A stretch of 49,193 nucleotides of DNA from IMG/VR virus record IMGVR_UViG_3300045988_148039. One strand, given 5' to 3'. Shown here piece after piece: positions 1 to 10,060 of the stretch. The position numbers and the translations under genes were made by a program. A model generated the notes under the pieces. That model worked only from the letters and a program-made list of their open reading frames with translations, was not told where the DNA came from and did no database searches. The stretch's first letter is position 1. Each line of letters opens with the position of its first letter. This stretch comes from a virus (taxonomy: Duplodnaviria; Heunggongvirae; Uroviricota; Caudoviricetes).

Positions 1-77
1 TAATTTTGAAAACCTTGATGCTTCAAAAGTTATTCCATTGAGCGAAAGCATCCCTTCCTTTATGGAAGCAGATAGCC
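1..77. repeat. Terminal direct duplication: 1..77 is identical to 49117..49193 (circular-closure overlap)
   Basis: Exact 77-nt identity of the two window ends read directly; implies a circular molecule of 49116 bp. Confidence 0.9.
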
Positions 78-618
78 GTATTGGTTTTTCAACCTCGTCA
101 GCAAAGCCAAGCTCAACAGCTTCTTCTGCATTTAGCCATGTTTCCTGATCCATTAGTTCAATTAATTTATCCTCAGAAAGCCCTGTTTTCTCCTTATATG
201 CAGATAAAATACTATTTCGTATCTTATCCATCATCTCAGCAATATCACGCAATTCATCCGCATCCCCCATTGCCCATGTCCACGGATTATGGATCATCAT
301 CATAGCATTAGATGGGATAATAATTTTATCACCCGCCATTGCAATAATAGTTGCAGCCGATGCAGCAATGCCGTCGATATAAACAGTAATATTCGCCTTA
401 TGGCGTTTTAATGATGAAAGAATAGCTTGAGCAGTAAAAACAGAACCGCCATAACTATTAATTTTTACGTTGATAGTATTTGATGAAATATCCTTTAACT
501 TATTCACTATATCAGAAGAAGAAACCTCATCAAATTCGCCAATATATCCGTAGATTAAAAGTTCAGCCGGTGAGTCATCTTCACCCGTGCTATTTTTTAT
601 TTCCCACCAATTAGGCAT
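1..618 (-). CDS. Head maturation protease/scaffold (ClpP/S49-like, lambda gpC-like), N-terminal part; gene continues across the junction into 48670..49116
   Basis: Minus-strand ATG at 618 overlapping the portal stop; my translation MPNWWEIKNSTGEDD...INSYGGSVF...AMAGDKIIIPSNAMMMIHNPW stays open to base 1 and is in frame with ORF 48670..49167 through the duplicated 77 bp. Confidence 0.7.
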   Translation of the reverse strand, partial: MPNWWEIKNSTGEDDSPAELLIYGYIGEFDEVSSSDIVNKLKDISSNTINVKINSYGGSVFTAQAILSSLKRHKANITVYIDGIAASAATIIAMAGDKIIIPSNAMMMIHNPWTWAMGDADELRDIAEMMDKIRNSILSAYKEKTGLSEDKLIELMDQETWLNAEEAVELGFADEVEKPIRLSASIKEGMLSLNGITFEASRFSKL

Positions 619-2185
619 CATCTGTCTCCATATTTTGTTCATTTACCTCAGAAACAGGAGGCGTAATCAGCCCTAATTCACGGCGAGCACTCTCCTCCCT
701 GCCACAAATTTGTGCGGTTTCTTCCCAGTTAAGACCTGACATTTCAGCCGCTTCTTTTTCACGGGTAGAGAATGTTTCTTCAACACGCAGTTTTGCAGCT
801 TTGACTTCTTTAAGGGGATCTAATTGACCTTGTGATGGGCCATACCATTGAGCGCCACTCCATGCAGCGCGATATTCTGGCCCATAAAAAAAACCAGGGG
901 CAATAACACGACCTTTAGCAACAGCTTCAGCCAACCATTCCTCATAGATCGGTTGGCAAAATGACTGAACCATCCAGTCACGTCGCATACGGAACATTTT
1001 CCAGGCTTCAAGTAATGCGGCCCTGCTTGCGCTATAACTTGCTGTAAAATGCTTTACCAAGAGTTCGTAAGGGAGTTCTAAAGCAGCCCCAATTTGACGG
1101 CATATGGCGACAACAAAACCATCAAATGCCGTATTTGGTCGCCCGGGATTTGCTGTATCTATCGACTCACCTTCCCCCAAACTTACTATGGAGCCATTCC
1201 CCATTTCTTGGGTGTTATCATCATGGTTATCGATCTGCTCGTACTGAGGGATACCTGATTCACCTACTGGTCCATCAGGAGCGTCTGTTTTAATAAAAAC
1301 TGTAAACATCCCTGACACAACCGCAGCAACCAATTCAGCATCGGTGTATCGTCCTAACTGCTTCAATGCTTCAATTACAGGAGCAAGGACAGGAACGCCA
1401 CGGCGTTGCCCAGGCCTTTCAAAATCCTGCATAACATGCAGAATATTTCTTCTTCCTGTTTTACTCCCATATGCGGGAATACGTTCCCACTTGCGGGTTA
1501 CAAAACCAGAAGTCCCGGCTGGGTGATGTTTTGCAACCCAGTACGCCACAGGCTCGCTAAATTCACCAACCTCTACGCCACCGTAAAGATTTGGTATAAA
1601 ACGATCCTCTGGATTGCAAACACGATCACCTTCAATTAAATAGACGCACAAATCATATATAACACCCTTACGCTTAATAACTGGTAGCGCAGCAAATATA
1701 TCGCCAGATGTTAACGCAGATATTTGGACCAATGATTGCAATTGTCCAAAAGTACACATTCTTGATGCATCACAATTTGGAGAATCAGCCCATAATCTAA
1801 ACTCACGCTCAACATGCTTTTCCCATGCTCGCGCTTCTTCCTGCGTCATCCCCAAGAAATCGGCATCAATGTTCGCATTTAGTTTTAAACCGGAACCAAC
1901 AACGTTTGTCCTGATAGTTTTTATTGCGCCAACCGATAGCGGGTTTCCCATGAAGAGATCACGAGAACGCTCACGCAATTTATCTATATTTTTAACAATA
2001 TCATCATCAGGAGAACCAGCTTTACTAAACCAACCCCTTAATGATTTTTTATGAGTGCTTGCACCATGACGTGAATATCCAAGGTTATTAATACTTTCAA
2101 GTGCTTCTAACCGTTTTCTTGCCAAAGCTCGATTTAATGCCCTCTGAGGTGAAAACGGTGCAATAACTCGATCAAGAATATTCAT
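611..2185 (-). CDS. Portal protein (lambda gpB family)
   Basis: 524-aa ORF between gpW-like and protease genes; sequence resemblance to lambda B recalled from memory. Confidence 0.8.
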   Translation of the reverse strand: MNILDRVIAPFSPQRALNRALARKRLEALESINNLGYSRHGASTHKKSLRGWFSKAGSPDDDIVKNIDKLRERSRDLFMGNPLSVGAIKTIRTNVVGSGLKLNANIDADFLGMTQEEARAWEKHVEREFRLWADSPNCDASRMCTFGQLQSLVQISALTSGDIFAALPVIKRKGVIYDLCVYLIEGDRVCNPEDRFIPNLYGGVEVGEFSEPVAYWVAKHHPAGTSGFVTRKWERIPAYGSKTGRRNILHVMQDFERPGQRRGVPVLAPVIEALKQLGRYTDAELVAAVVSGMFTVFIKTDAPDGPVGESGIPQYEQIDNHDDNTQEMGNGSIVSLGEGESIDTANPGRPNTAFDGFVVAICRQIGAALELPYELLVKHFTASYSASRAALLEAWKMFRMRRDWMVQSFCQPIYEEWLAEAVAKGRVIAPGFFYGPEYRAAWSGAQWYGPSQGQLDPLKEVKAAKLRVEETFSTREKEAAEMSGLNWEETAQICGREESARRELGLITPPVSEVNEQNMETDDA

Positions 2186-2421
2186 AAATCTCTTATCACC
2201 ACTCGTTTAATTCGTGGGCCTCGGCGTATACCTGCTGATAATCTTTCTACTTCATTACGCCAGTAATCCATCTCTTTTCTGACTTCTGATAAATCCGCAC
2301 GAGTTAACTGCCGCGTGCCAAATTTATATGACTGACCGCCAATAGCAATAGCGCGATATGCTTCCCGCCAGACAGATAACATCTCTCTGGCTTCAGTCAG
2401 AGAAAATGCTTCATTGCTCAT
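2182..2421 (-). CDS. Head-tail joining protein, gpW-like
   Basis: 79-aa ORF between large terminase and portal, the position lambda W occupies; ends in RRGP motif like lambda W. Confidence 0.55.
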   Translation of the reverse strand: MSNEAFSLTEAREMLSVWREAYRAIAIGGQSYKFGTRQLTRADLSEVRKEMDYWRNEVERLSAGIRRGPRIKRVVIRDL

Positions 2422-2432
2422 TTATATTTCCT

Positions 2433-4289
2433 CTATATGGTTACGCCTTTACTTATAACTCTACGGCGTCTTCTACGTATACCTGACGAGTTCTGCACAT
2501 ACACATTACCTCGCATTTCCTGTTCAGCAAGCCAGTCAAAATTAGGGTTCAGAATTTCCATCGCGGCAGTTGCATAGTTACGGCAATCAAGAGGCTCGTT
2601 ACGCTCGTAGACTTTCACCCACTTTTCTTTTGTCTGCCCATTTTTATATTCAAATATTTTTTTCTCTGATAATAGCCCTTTAAAATAATCAGTATCATAT
2701 CCTCTGTCAGAATCTAATGGAAAATGCATATAACCAGGACCAGGATCATGTAGCTTAATTCGTGCCATGATGGTCCCTTTACCATCATCAACCCCCAAAT
2801 TAAACAACATAGCGCCTACACGGTTATTATTGCTTGGCTTTCCTATAAACGGTAAACCTACCCCACCACGACCTCTGATAGAATATATTCGCCTTGATTC
2901 TCGCGGCTTAGTAAAGCGATATACCTCTGTCGTAAAATGCCCACCAGAGTCAATACAAACGGAAGAAATCTGTAATTTTCGACCGTCACGAAATGACCAG
3001 CTACGGAGTAAGTATTCATCAAGTTGTTTCCAGACAACATCTTGTGCGGGATCGCCCGGAAATATTTTATATTCAATCCCCCATGATTCCTTACCTTTTC
3101 CCCAACCGACCAATTCACAAACTAAATACGTGTCCTGTACGTCAACACCAGCACTTAACAATAAAACATCATCTGGTAAAAACTCTTCAAACCTTATTCT
3201 GCGTTGCAACAAGTATTCAGGATCGATATCGTCTTTAGCATCCTCTTTCCATGGCTCACCCAGCTTAAGGTTAATAAACTCCATTAATCCATTTTTATCG
3301 CGGTTTCTGGTTGCTTCCGTAAATTCTTCAACCAGCTCTGACAATGCAACCCACGGGGAGTAAAGACTGTTAATATGAAAACCAACAATACCTTTAACTC
3401 CAGTATGTTCAGCTATCCATACCCCCTTCGCCAACCAATCAACGTCTGGTTTACCAGATCCGCGCATAATCCCGCCGCACTCACAGCACTCATATCTGGC
3501 CGTTTCCGGTAACGCCTCACCTGAATCGCTCTTATCCCATCTGACTTGCGACCATTTCATCACCTGCATGGTGCCACAACATGGGCAAGGAACATGGTAG
3601 TAACGCTGATCGGAGAGCTTAAACCACTTGTGGATTTTGCTCGTTTCCTCCAAAACAGGAGTAGAAACAAAAACTTTCTTACGATTATGAAAGTTGGTAG
3701 TACGCTGAATACCTAGTTTTAGTGGGTCGCCCTCCTGCGTCACACCGTAACGATCAATCTCATCAGCTAACAGTATTCGAATTGGCCTGGATGCAAGACC
3801 TGCTGGGGAATTAGCACCAACAAGTGCTATATATCCACCAGCGTAATGCTTCATACGTATAGTCGTGCTGGACTTTTTGGCTGCACCGCGCCCCTCTTTC
3901 CCTTCATGCAGCTTGTGTTTCAAACCAGGGGAATATTTGAACGTCGGATCAATACGCTCTTTTGAAAAAGCCTCAGCCGCCTCTACCGTTGGATAAATCA
4001 TCAACTGAGGAGATGGCTCCTGATCTGCAAAGTAACCCATAACATTTAGCTGTAATTCGGATTTACCAATTTGCGAGCTACATTGCATCACTACTGTTTC
4101 TGTATCAGCGTCACCAATAACATCCATTGGTTCACGCAAATATGGCACTCGGCTTGTACGCCACGGCCCTGGCTCTGGAGACGTTCCCGGCGCTACATGA
4201 CGATACTTATCAGCCCATTCGGAAACAGTTAGCCGTGATTTAGGGCGAAGCGCACGGAAAAAAGCGGTGCTCCATACTGTTTCGCCCAT
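2433..4289 (-). CDS. Terminase large subunit (lambda gpA-like)
   Basis: 618-aa ORF; N-terminal ...VSEWADKY... and overall layout resemble lambda A; followed by W-like and portal genes. Confidence 0.85.
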   Translation of the reverse strand: MGETVWSTAFFRALRPKSRLTVSEWADKYRHVAPGTSPEPGPWRTSRVPYLREPMDVIGDADTETVVMQCSSQIGKSELQLNVMGYFADQEPSPQLMIYPTVEAAEAFSKERIDPTFKYSPGLKHKLHEGKEGRGAAKKSSTTIRMKHYAGGYIALVGANSPAGLASRPIRILLADEIDRYGVTQEGDPLKLGIQRTTNFHNRKKVFVSTPVLEETSKIHKWFKLSDQRYYHVPCPCCGTMQVMKWSQVRWDKSDSGEALPETARYECCECGGIMRGSGKPDVDWLAKGVWIAEHTGVKGIVGFHINSLYSPWVALSELVEEFTEATRNRDKNGLMEFINLKLGEPWKEDAKDDIDPEYLLQRRIRFEEFLPDDVLLLSAGVDVQDTYLVCELVGWGKGKESWGIEYKIFPGDPAQDVVWKQLDEYLLRSWSFRDGRKLQISSVCIDSGGHFTTEVYRFTKPRESRRIYSIRGRGGVGLPFIGKPSNNNRVGAMLFNLGVDDGKGTIMARIKLHDPGPGYMHFPLDSDRGYDTDYFKGLLSEKKIFEYKNGQTKEKWVKVYERNEPLDCRNYATAAMEILNPNFDWLAEQEMRGNVYVQNSSGIRRRRRRVISKGVTI

Positions 4290-4294
4290 GAGGT

Positions 4295-4855
4295 TTATTC
4301 TTCCTGCTTAATAAATCGGGATTCCTGGAGCGCCTGAAGCGCAAAATTAATCTCGTCTTCAATAATGCGTTCGATCTCCCTGGCTGTTTTGCCTTCACAA
4401 CGGGGAGCTGCTCTTGGAGCAATACTAAATAAGCGGCTACGCAATTCATTAGCTGCCAGAAATGCATCATCCCTGACCGCATCTTTAGCGATGAGAGAGC
4501 CTTCCTTTTCTTCAAATTCAAGGCGTTTCAGCTTTGCCTGATAAATTTTTTCTGCGGTCTTAGCCTTGTTGAATTGCACCGCAACACCGGAAGTACCACC
4601 AGCTAATCCGGCATCATCAGCGGGTAACTCTGGTTGTTCCGAAGATATCCCATGCCCTCTTTTTCCGTTTTCAGCAGATACCTCACGACCAACCTGTCGG
4701 CTCGCTTCATAAGCCGCACTAGCTTTATCAAAATCCAGCTTGCCGCTTTTCAGCACTGGAATACGACCGGAACGACAGAGCTTCGTAACCATTGCCGGAG
4801 AAATACCTTTCCGGCGGGCAAACTCTGACTTACTAACGATGGCCATTACTTGCAA
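4295..4855 (-). CDS. Terminase small subunit (Nu1-like, N-terminal HTH)
   Basis: 186-aa ORF immediately upstream of the large terminase; N-terminal HTH-like segment SKSEFARRKGISPAMVTKLCRSGRIP. Confidence 0.6.
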   Translation of the reverse strand: MQVMAIVSKSEFARRKGISPAMVTKLCRSGRIPVLKSGKLDFDKASAAYEASRQVGREVSAENGKRGHGISSEQPELPADDAGLAGGTSGVAVQFNKAKTAEKIYQAKLKRLEFEEKEGSLIAKDAVRDDAFLAANELRSRLFSIAPRAAPRCEGKTAREIERIIEDEINFALQALQESRFIKQEE

Positions 4856-5436
4856 CCATTAGCAAGATACTGAACAAATCCCTCATGCGTTTCATGCGCG
4901 TCGTGGTACTGACGATAAACATCCAGCAACAATGCAATTTCCATATCCGTCGCGGGAATACGTTCTTTATCAATAGCCAGGTACTTAATTTGAACAACAG
5001 GGGAAGAATTATCGTCTTCTTCCCGCGGCTGTTCATCGCTTAACATTTCGTCAAGCTCTGCATCATTAAACCCAAGCAGATCAATATCAAAATCATCATC
5101 CATTAACTCTTTGACTTCTTCGGCCAGAAGCTGCATATCCCAACCAGCATTTAAGGCCAGCTTGTTATCTGCAATCCTGTAAGCCTTCTTCTGTTTTTCA
5201 GAAAGGTTACTCAACCGAATCGCCGGAACTTTATCCATTTCCAGAATTTCGGCTGCTGCAAGCCGACCATGCCCCGCAATCAGTTCATTCTTTTCATCGA
5301 TCAGCACAGGATTAGTGAAACCGAACTCACGGATACTGTTCACCAACTGTTCAACTTGCTCATCTGAATGAGTCCGTGAATTTTTGGCATATCTGAGCAG
5401 CTTACCGACTGGTAAATATTCGATTTTTAGAGCCAT
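4846..5436 (-). CDS. ParB-like nuclease domain protein (paralog 1)
   Basis: 196 aa; ParB N-terminal-domain-like region (...LIAGHGRLAAA...KKAYRIADNKLALNAGW...); overlaps the small terminase start. Confidence 0.65.
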   Translation of the reverse strand: MALKIEYLPVGKLLRYAKNSRTHSDEQVEQLVNSIREFGFTNPVLIDEKNELIAGHGRLAAAEILEMDKVPAIRLSNLSEKQKKAYRIADNKLALNAGWDMQLLAEEVKELMDDDFDIDLLGFNDAELDEMLSDEQPREEDDNSSPVVQIKYLAIDKERIPATDMEIALLLDVYRQYHDAHETHEGFVQYLANGCK

Positions 5437-5993
5437 TTTTTAACCGCCATAACACAACAGGTTAAAGAAAACTGTTTAACTTATTGATACTAAAAGAGAA
5501 AAATGACGATCTTTTTACTCATAAAAAATCACACAAACCAGCATAATTATCTGATTTTATTAAGTTTTTATAAGTAAAAAGGATCTTGCGATGGTGTTTT
5601 GGTTAAAAGATTGGATGTATTTACATGATTTATAACGATTTTTATCAAAACAACATCACATTGGTTAAAGATCTGCACGTATCTTGATGATCTAAAAGAA
5701 AATTTTCTACTTTCTTTTTACCAGCACAAATACAGCAAAAAATCACATTTTCCCGATATTTTTCAACGAGATGAGTAAATTTCTTTTACCGCAACTTTTA
5801 ACCTAACTTTTTTCACGTTTAGCTAGCCGAACATCGGGGTTCGAATGACCCGCATCCAACGCTTTTGGCCAGAAGGACCCAATTCTGCCGGACGATGAAA
5901 CGATGCTCGTGCTCCCCCACAGACAGCCAGCGAGCGACGCTACAGAACACAGTGAATACACTCTGCATAACAACACCATCAACCACACGATGA

Positions 5994-6713
5994 TTAACGA
6001 GAGAAGGTCTTAGAAAGAATGTCATCAATCGCCTTTGTGACTTCATCAGCAAACGCACCCTCACCAGCACGCAGCGCCACGCCATGCCAATCAAGACGCT
6101 GCGAATAGTTAGGTTGCTGGATAAACGTAAGGATCAACGTAGGACGCCGCCCAACGCGCTGCCAGACGCCTGGTTGAAGCGGGTTACTTGTACCAGGTCG
6201 AACAACAAAAAACTCCGTAGGCTTGCCCTGACGGCGATTTTGATGCGCATCTCGCTGAACTCTTAGGCCAGATAAGACCTGCTGTAATTGCCCCCGCGAA
6301 ATATTCCCGTATTTGTCCAGCTTTGCGCCGGGACCAGGAGCAAGCTGCCAGCCGTTAGGCAAATATCCACCAGCCCTTAGCGCCCCTTCTGAGCGTTTGT
6401 ACTGTCGTTGGCCACCTTCGATTTGCGGAGTCAACGTTACAGGGGCTGGCGTTCCTCCCCATTCACGAGCATACACAATGGCTGTAGGATCACTCTTCTT
6501 TGCGGCCAAAACGTAAGTAGAGTTCTGAATCCACGGCGTGGGCCTGTCAAATACCCGATTAATTTCATTCTTAATCGCAGCCTGAGAAGCCTTTGCCGTT
6601 CTGGTTGCCGCAAGCGCCATTGCGAACGGCAATTCGCGTTCTTCAAGGCGCTGGAGTTGTCGTTGAATATCCTGAGAAGAAAAATCCATCTTTATCTCAA
6701 TTCTGTCAGCCAC
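5994..6713 (-). CDS. Hypothetical protein co-oriented with the ParB-methyltransferase
   Basis: 239-aa ORF, 17 bp downstream of the methyltransferase stop; no family recognised. Confidence 0.45.
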   Translation of the reverse strand: MADRIEIKMDFSSQDIQRQLQRLEERELPFAMALAATRTAKASQAAIKNEINRVFDRPTPWIQNSTYVLAAKKSDPTAIVYAREWGGTPAPVTLTPQIEGGQRQYKRSEGALRAGGYLPNGWQLAPGPGAKLDKYGNISRGQLQQVLSGLRVQRDAHQNRRQGKPTEFFVVRPGTSNPLQPGVWQRVGRRPTLILTFIQQPNYSQRLDWHGVALRAGEGAFADEVTKAIDDILSKTFSR

Positions 6714-6729
6714 CAGCGCCTCCTACACA

Positions 6730-8109
6730 CTACTTAATCAACGGCCGGAAAGCCGCCAGCACATCATCAGATCGTCCGATTGTTGAACCACCAGGCAACG
6801 GCAACTCAAACTCAAAACGAACAGCTTTCTCCAGACTCGCCCAACTAAGGGAATCATCGTTAATGACGTGCAAATACCAGCTCTTACAGTTGAATATTGA
6901 CCGCTTAATCCTGAAACCATGTACACGACACAACTGCTTCACTTCATCATCAGAGTGAAACTTCTGGTAAAACCAGTGCCCCTTCCGGTACAACGCGGTA
7001 AAACCGTTATGATCAATAAAATAAAGCCGGCTTTTGGAACTCGCAGCTTGTGTTTGCTTCAGGACTGTTTCCAGCTCTCCACGGCTACGGCCAGAAAAGA
7101 ATATTGACCCACCAGCTTTACACAAGCCTTTCAGAACCGTCAGAACGGACCATTCAGCCTCGACACTATCGACCGAGTTCAAAACGCTATCGCAAATCAC
7201 GTAGTCGTAACGCCCTCGCGTTTTTAAGTCGTCCACCAGCGTATCAATCATCCGGTTTGTTGCGGTCCTATCCAGAGTGTTTCCAGCGCCCTTACGGCGG
7301 AAAAGCTCGAGATCATGCAGGTTATATCCCTTTGCCCTGAGCATTCGCGCGTAGTCTCCCTGCCCCGAACCAAAATCAATTCCTCTTGGCGTCTTGGCAA
7401 TGATCGGGAGGATCAACGACTCATACAGGTTTGATTTCAGGCTGCCACCATTACGCAACCGCATAAGCTGCGCATACGTCTGGATGTATGTTGTTTTCTC
7501 CAGATGAGAATACTCAAATACACCATAAGTTTTATTCAGATAACTTTGGTATTTTTCCTTCTCAACATCAGGGATCACAAACACCGTTAGCGGTGTGCGC
7601 GTCATCTTCGCTGCTAATGCATACTGAGCACAGTGAATAACCTCGCCAGACTGAGTCGCAACACAACCACCCCACGGACCATACTTGATAACCAGTTCCG
7701 CTATGTTCTTTCGAACATATGCCATTTTCGCGCGCATATTGCCTGAGATCTGGCTTGCCGATACCTGAACAAAACCATGCTTATCTTCCAGACCGGACAC
7801 CCTGCAACGCTCATCTCCGCTATCAAAATCCGTTCCGTTATGCAGTTGGTTAAACCGTACTTCGTCGTATACCGTCGTTTCACAGGGCAACACATACACC
7901 GCAGCACGCGTTATTCCCAACTTACGTAGCGCCTTCGTCCTTTGGTGTCCCGCCACCAGCAAATCGCCGCGCACTATCAATGGCTTCACAAGCCCCAGCT
8001 CCCTGACGCTTTCCGCCAGCCTCGCAAGATCATCTTCACCGATAAAACGCGGGTTATATTCCGCGCCGCGTAGGTGCGTTATGTCGTAATTGAGGTGAAG
8101 CATCAGCAC
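6730..8109 (-). CDS. ParB N-terminal domain fused to a SAM-dependent methyltransferase (probable DNA methyltransferase)
   Basis: 459 aa; N-terminal ParB-like region (LVAGHQRTKAL) and central motif-I-like IDFGSGQGDYARML; overlaps the upstream ParB-like gene by 7 nt. Confidence 0.65.
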   Translation of the reverse strand: MLMLHLNYDITHLRGAEYNPRFIGEDDLARLAESVRELGLVKPLIVRGDLLVAGHQRTKALRKLGITRAAVYVLPCETTVYDEVRFNQLHNGTDFDSGDERCRVSGLEDKHGFVQVSASQISGNMRAKMAYVRKNIAELVIKYGPWGGCVATQSGEVIHCAQYALAAKMTRTPLTVFVIPDVEKEKYQSYLNKTYGVFEYSHLEKTTYIQTYAQLMRLRNGGSLKSNLYESLILPIIAKTPRGIDFGSGQGDYARMLRAKGYNLHDLELFRRKGAGNTLDRTATNRMIDTLVDDLKTRGRYDYVICDSVLNSVDSVEAEWSVLTVLKGLCKAGGSIFFSGRSRGELETVLKQTQAASSKSRLYFIDHNGFTALYRKGHWFYQKFHSDDEVKQLCRVHGFRIKRSIFNCKSWYLHVINDDSLSWASLEKAVRFEFELPLPGGSTIGRSDDVLAAFRPLIK

Positions 8110-8726
8110 ACCTCCCCAGCCAGCAATGCGGATACAAATCCGATATAGCTGCCATTATCATCAACATAACGAGACACCGCGCAGTCAAAACGATCCGCTT
8201 CCTCATCCGTTGCCGGGATTTTATGACCTCCAAATGACAGGTACTGAACTTTTACGCCTGATTTGGCCTCATCCTTCTCAAATGGGATATCCATACCCTC
8301 TGTGTCATCGTAGACCGCCGCACTCAATAAGTTATCCAGTTCGCGCTGAGTAAAACCAATTGAGTCCAGAGCAAAATCATCGGCCGCAAGATCTGCAAGC
8401 TCCGCGCTTAACAACTCTTCATCCCAACCAGCATTCAGCGGAATACGGTTGTCGGCCAGACGATATGCCTTCTTCTGATTCTCCGTTAGCCCAGCCAGAA
8501 CAATGCAGGGAACATCATCCATCCCCAACTGAGTGGCCGCAGCAATTCGACCATGACCAGCAATTACAACGTTGTTCTCGTCTATCAGGATCGGATTAGT
8601 CCATCCGTACTCCTGTATGCTGGCAACAATCTGATCTACCTGCTCCACGGAGTGTGTGCGAGCGTTCTTTTCATAACCAATCAACACAGAAAGTGGTAAA
8701 GAAACCACATTAAGTTGTTTTGTCAT
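8103..8726 (-). CDS. ParB-like nuclease domain protein (paralog 2)
   Basis: 207 aa; alignable along its length with the 4846..5436 product (VEQ...IAGHGR...NQKKAYRLADNRIPLNAGW, IPATDEE). Confidence 0.65.
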   Translation of the reverse strand: MTKQLNVVSLPLSVLIGYEKNARTHSVEQVDQIVASIQEYGWTNPILIDENNVVIAGHGRIAAATQLGMDDVPCIVLAGLTENQKKAYRLADNRIPLNAGWDEELLSAELADLAADDFALDSIGFTQRELDNLLSAAVYDDTEGMDIPFEKDEAKSGVKVQYLSFGGHKIPATDEEADRFDCAVSRYVDDNGSYIGFVSALLAGEVC

Positions 8727-8960
8727 GCCGTTTATCCGCTAAAATCCCCTCGCTTGTGCAAGCAAGTGGGCCTCGGTTTGTATCCACGGCACCCTGTGGG
8801 TATGAATGACTGTCGTCAGGTCGCAACTGACGGCGGTCGCCCACCTTCCAGTAATAAAAAAGCCACCAGCATTAACTCCACAATGAGCTGGAGTTAATGA
8901 GGCAGCTTTGGTTTGCGCATTATCGCAGCCCCTGATAAGCACAAGAGCTGCTGTAATGCG

Positions 8961-9674
8961 TTACTCTGGTATCAAACAGATGTGGCCGTTATTTACCTCA
9001 ATGCGAGAGTATCTCGGCTTACCATCCACGATTCCGGTAATGACAAGTTCGCCATCAGGCGACCATTCTTCTTTGTCGTCTTCAAGTACCGCGCCTTCTG
9101 GCAGATCAATACAAGCAAAAACAGGACAGCCAGGATGACGTTTATCCTCCATCGCAATCAGCATCGACTCACCGAACCACTCTGTAGTAGCACGGCCATC
9201 AGCCGCCTGATAGTGAATCAGATACTGGTTTTCGCCATTTGCATACTGAGCACGGGCTTGAACTTCTCCCCATTCGTCACTGATACGCATTGTTACCAGT
9301 TGGGATAATTCAAACTTAAACGGAACAGCCTCGGCACCAATAGATATCGGTGAGTTTTCTCGCTGCTCTGGACCTTCACGCTTCACAATTTGAACATCTT
9401 TGACGAGCCAATCACCTGTGTTATCTACTTTTCGATACTCATCGGTATCAGGTAACTCAATAACACTCATCCCATCCGGGCAAAGCAACGATACATCTTT
9501 CGAAACACTGCGGATAATGCCGTTATTGTCATACATCATCTTTAAAGTGTGAGGCTGAAATTTCTTCTGCTCCTCATACCAATTTCTTCCGTCTTCAGTA
9601 AAAAGCGGTAGCACATCTGGATGTTTGCCGCGGGGATCAATAAGCGGCACACTGATATTTTTTAAATGCATCAT
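8961..9674 (-). CDS. Tail-fiber-assembly-like protein (Tfa-type N-terminal domain, divergent C-terminal half)
   Basis: Starts MMHLKNI...NWYEEQKKFQP...LKMMYD like the two Tfa proteins in the invertible segment; C-terminal 130 aa unrelated to them. Confidence 0.5.
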   Translation of the reverse strand: MMHLKNISVPLIDPRGKHPDVLPLFTEDGRNWYEEQKKFQPHTLKMMYDNNGIIRSVSKDVSLLCPDGMSVIELPDTDEYRKVDNTGDWLVKDVQIVKREGPEQRENSPISIGAEAVPFKFELSQLVTMRISDEWGEVQARAQYANGENQYLIHYQAADGRATTEWFGESMLIAMEDKRHPGCPVFACIDLPEGAVLEDDKEEWSPDGELVITGIVDGKPRYSRIEVNNGHICLIPE

Positions 9675-9851
9675 ATAAATAACCCTACATCTATCTCATT
9701 GACTTGAATGAAACGCACCCTGACCGCAATTGCTCCCGCTTACGCCGAAAAGCTCTCTGCGCCACTAAGATGCGCCACAGGACACCAGCAATAACCACCA
9801 GCGAGATACAAAAACACACGGCCACAACCATCAGAAAAATGCCAACACCAT

Positions 9852-10058
9852 TCATGAAACTATCCATTCTTCAATGAATATCTCCAGTAATGTCAAGAGA
9901 TACGCCGTCCCCAGCGCGGTTCCTACCGATATAGCTAAGACAAACCTCAAAGATAACGAGGTGTCTTTCGCTTTTCTCCAGACGTAAGCGCCAGCCAGAA
10001 ATACCAACAAATCTCTTATTGGAAGCGGAAACCAGAACAAATCACTCGGCAAGTCCAC
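9852..10058 (-). CDS. Small hydrophobic protein
   Basis: 68-aa ORF with two hydrophobic stretches, co-oriented in the minus-strand operon. Confidence 0.3.
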   Translation of the reverse strand: MDLPSDLFWFPLPIRDLLVFLAGAYVWRKAKDTSLSLRFVLAISVGTALGTAYLLTLLEIFIEEWIVS

Positions 10059-10060
10059 GG

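Noticed and set aside
81-305. 74-aa plus-strand ORF near the window start
   Set aside because: Lies antisense inside the junction-spanning head protease gene, which has a coherent ClpP-like translation on the minus strand.
2767-3363. 198-aa plus-strand ORF and other ORFs antisense to the large terminase
   Set aside because: Antisense to a well-supported terminase gene; low-complexity translation; no start context.
5830-5860. tRNA-like T-loop sequence CGGGGTTCGAATGACCCG in the AT-rich intergenic region
   Set aside because: No acceptor, D or anticodon arms could be assembled around it, so not a tRNA; could at most be a fragment.
5437-5993. Lambda-type cos site in the AT-rich region upstream of the packaging genes
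   Set aside because: No sequence with the twofold symmetry expected of a cohesive-end nicking site could be identified by eye; packaging mode left unassigned.
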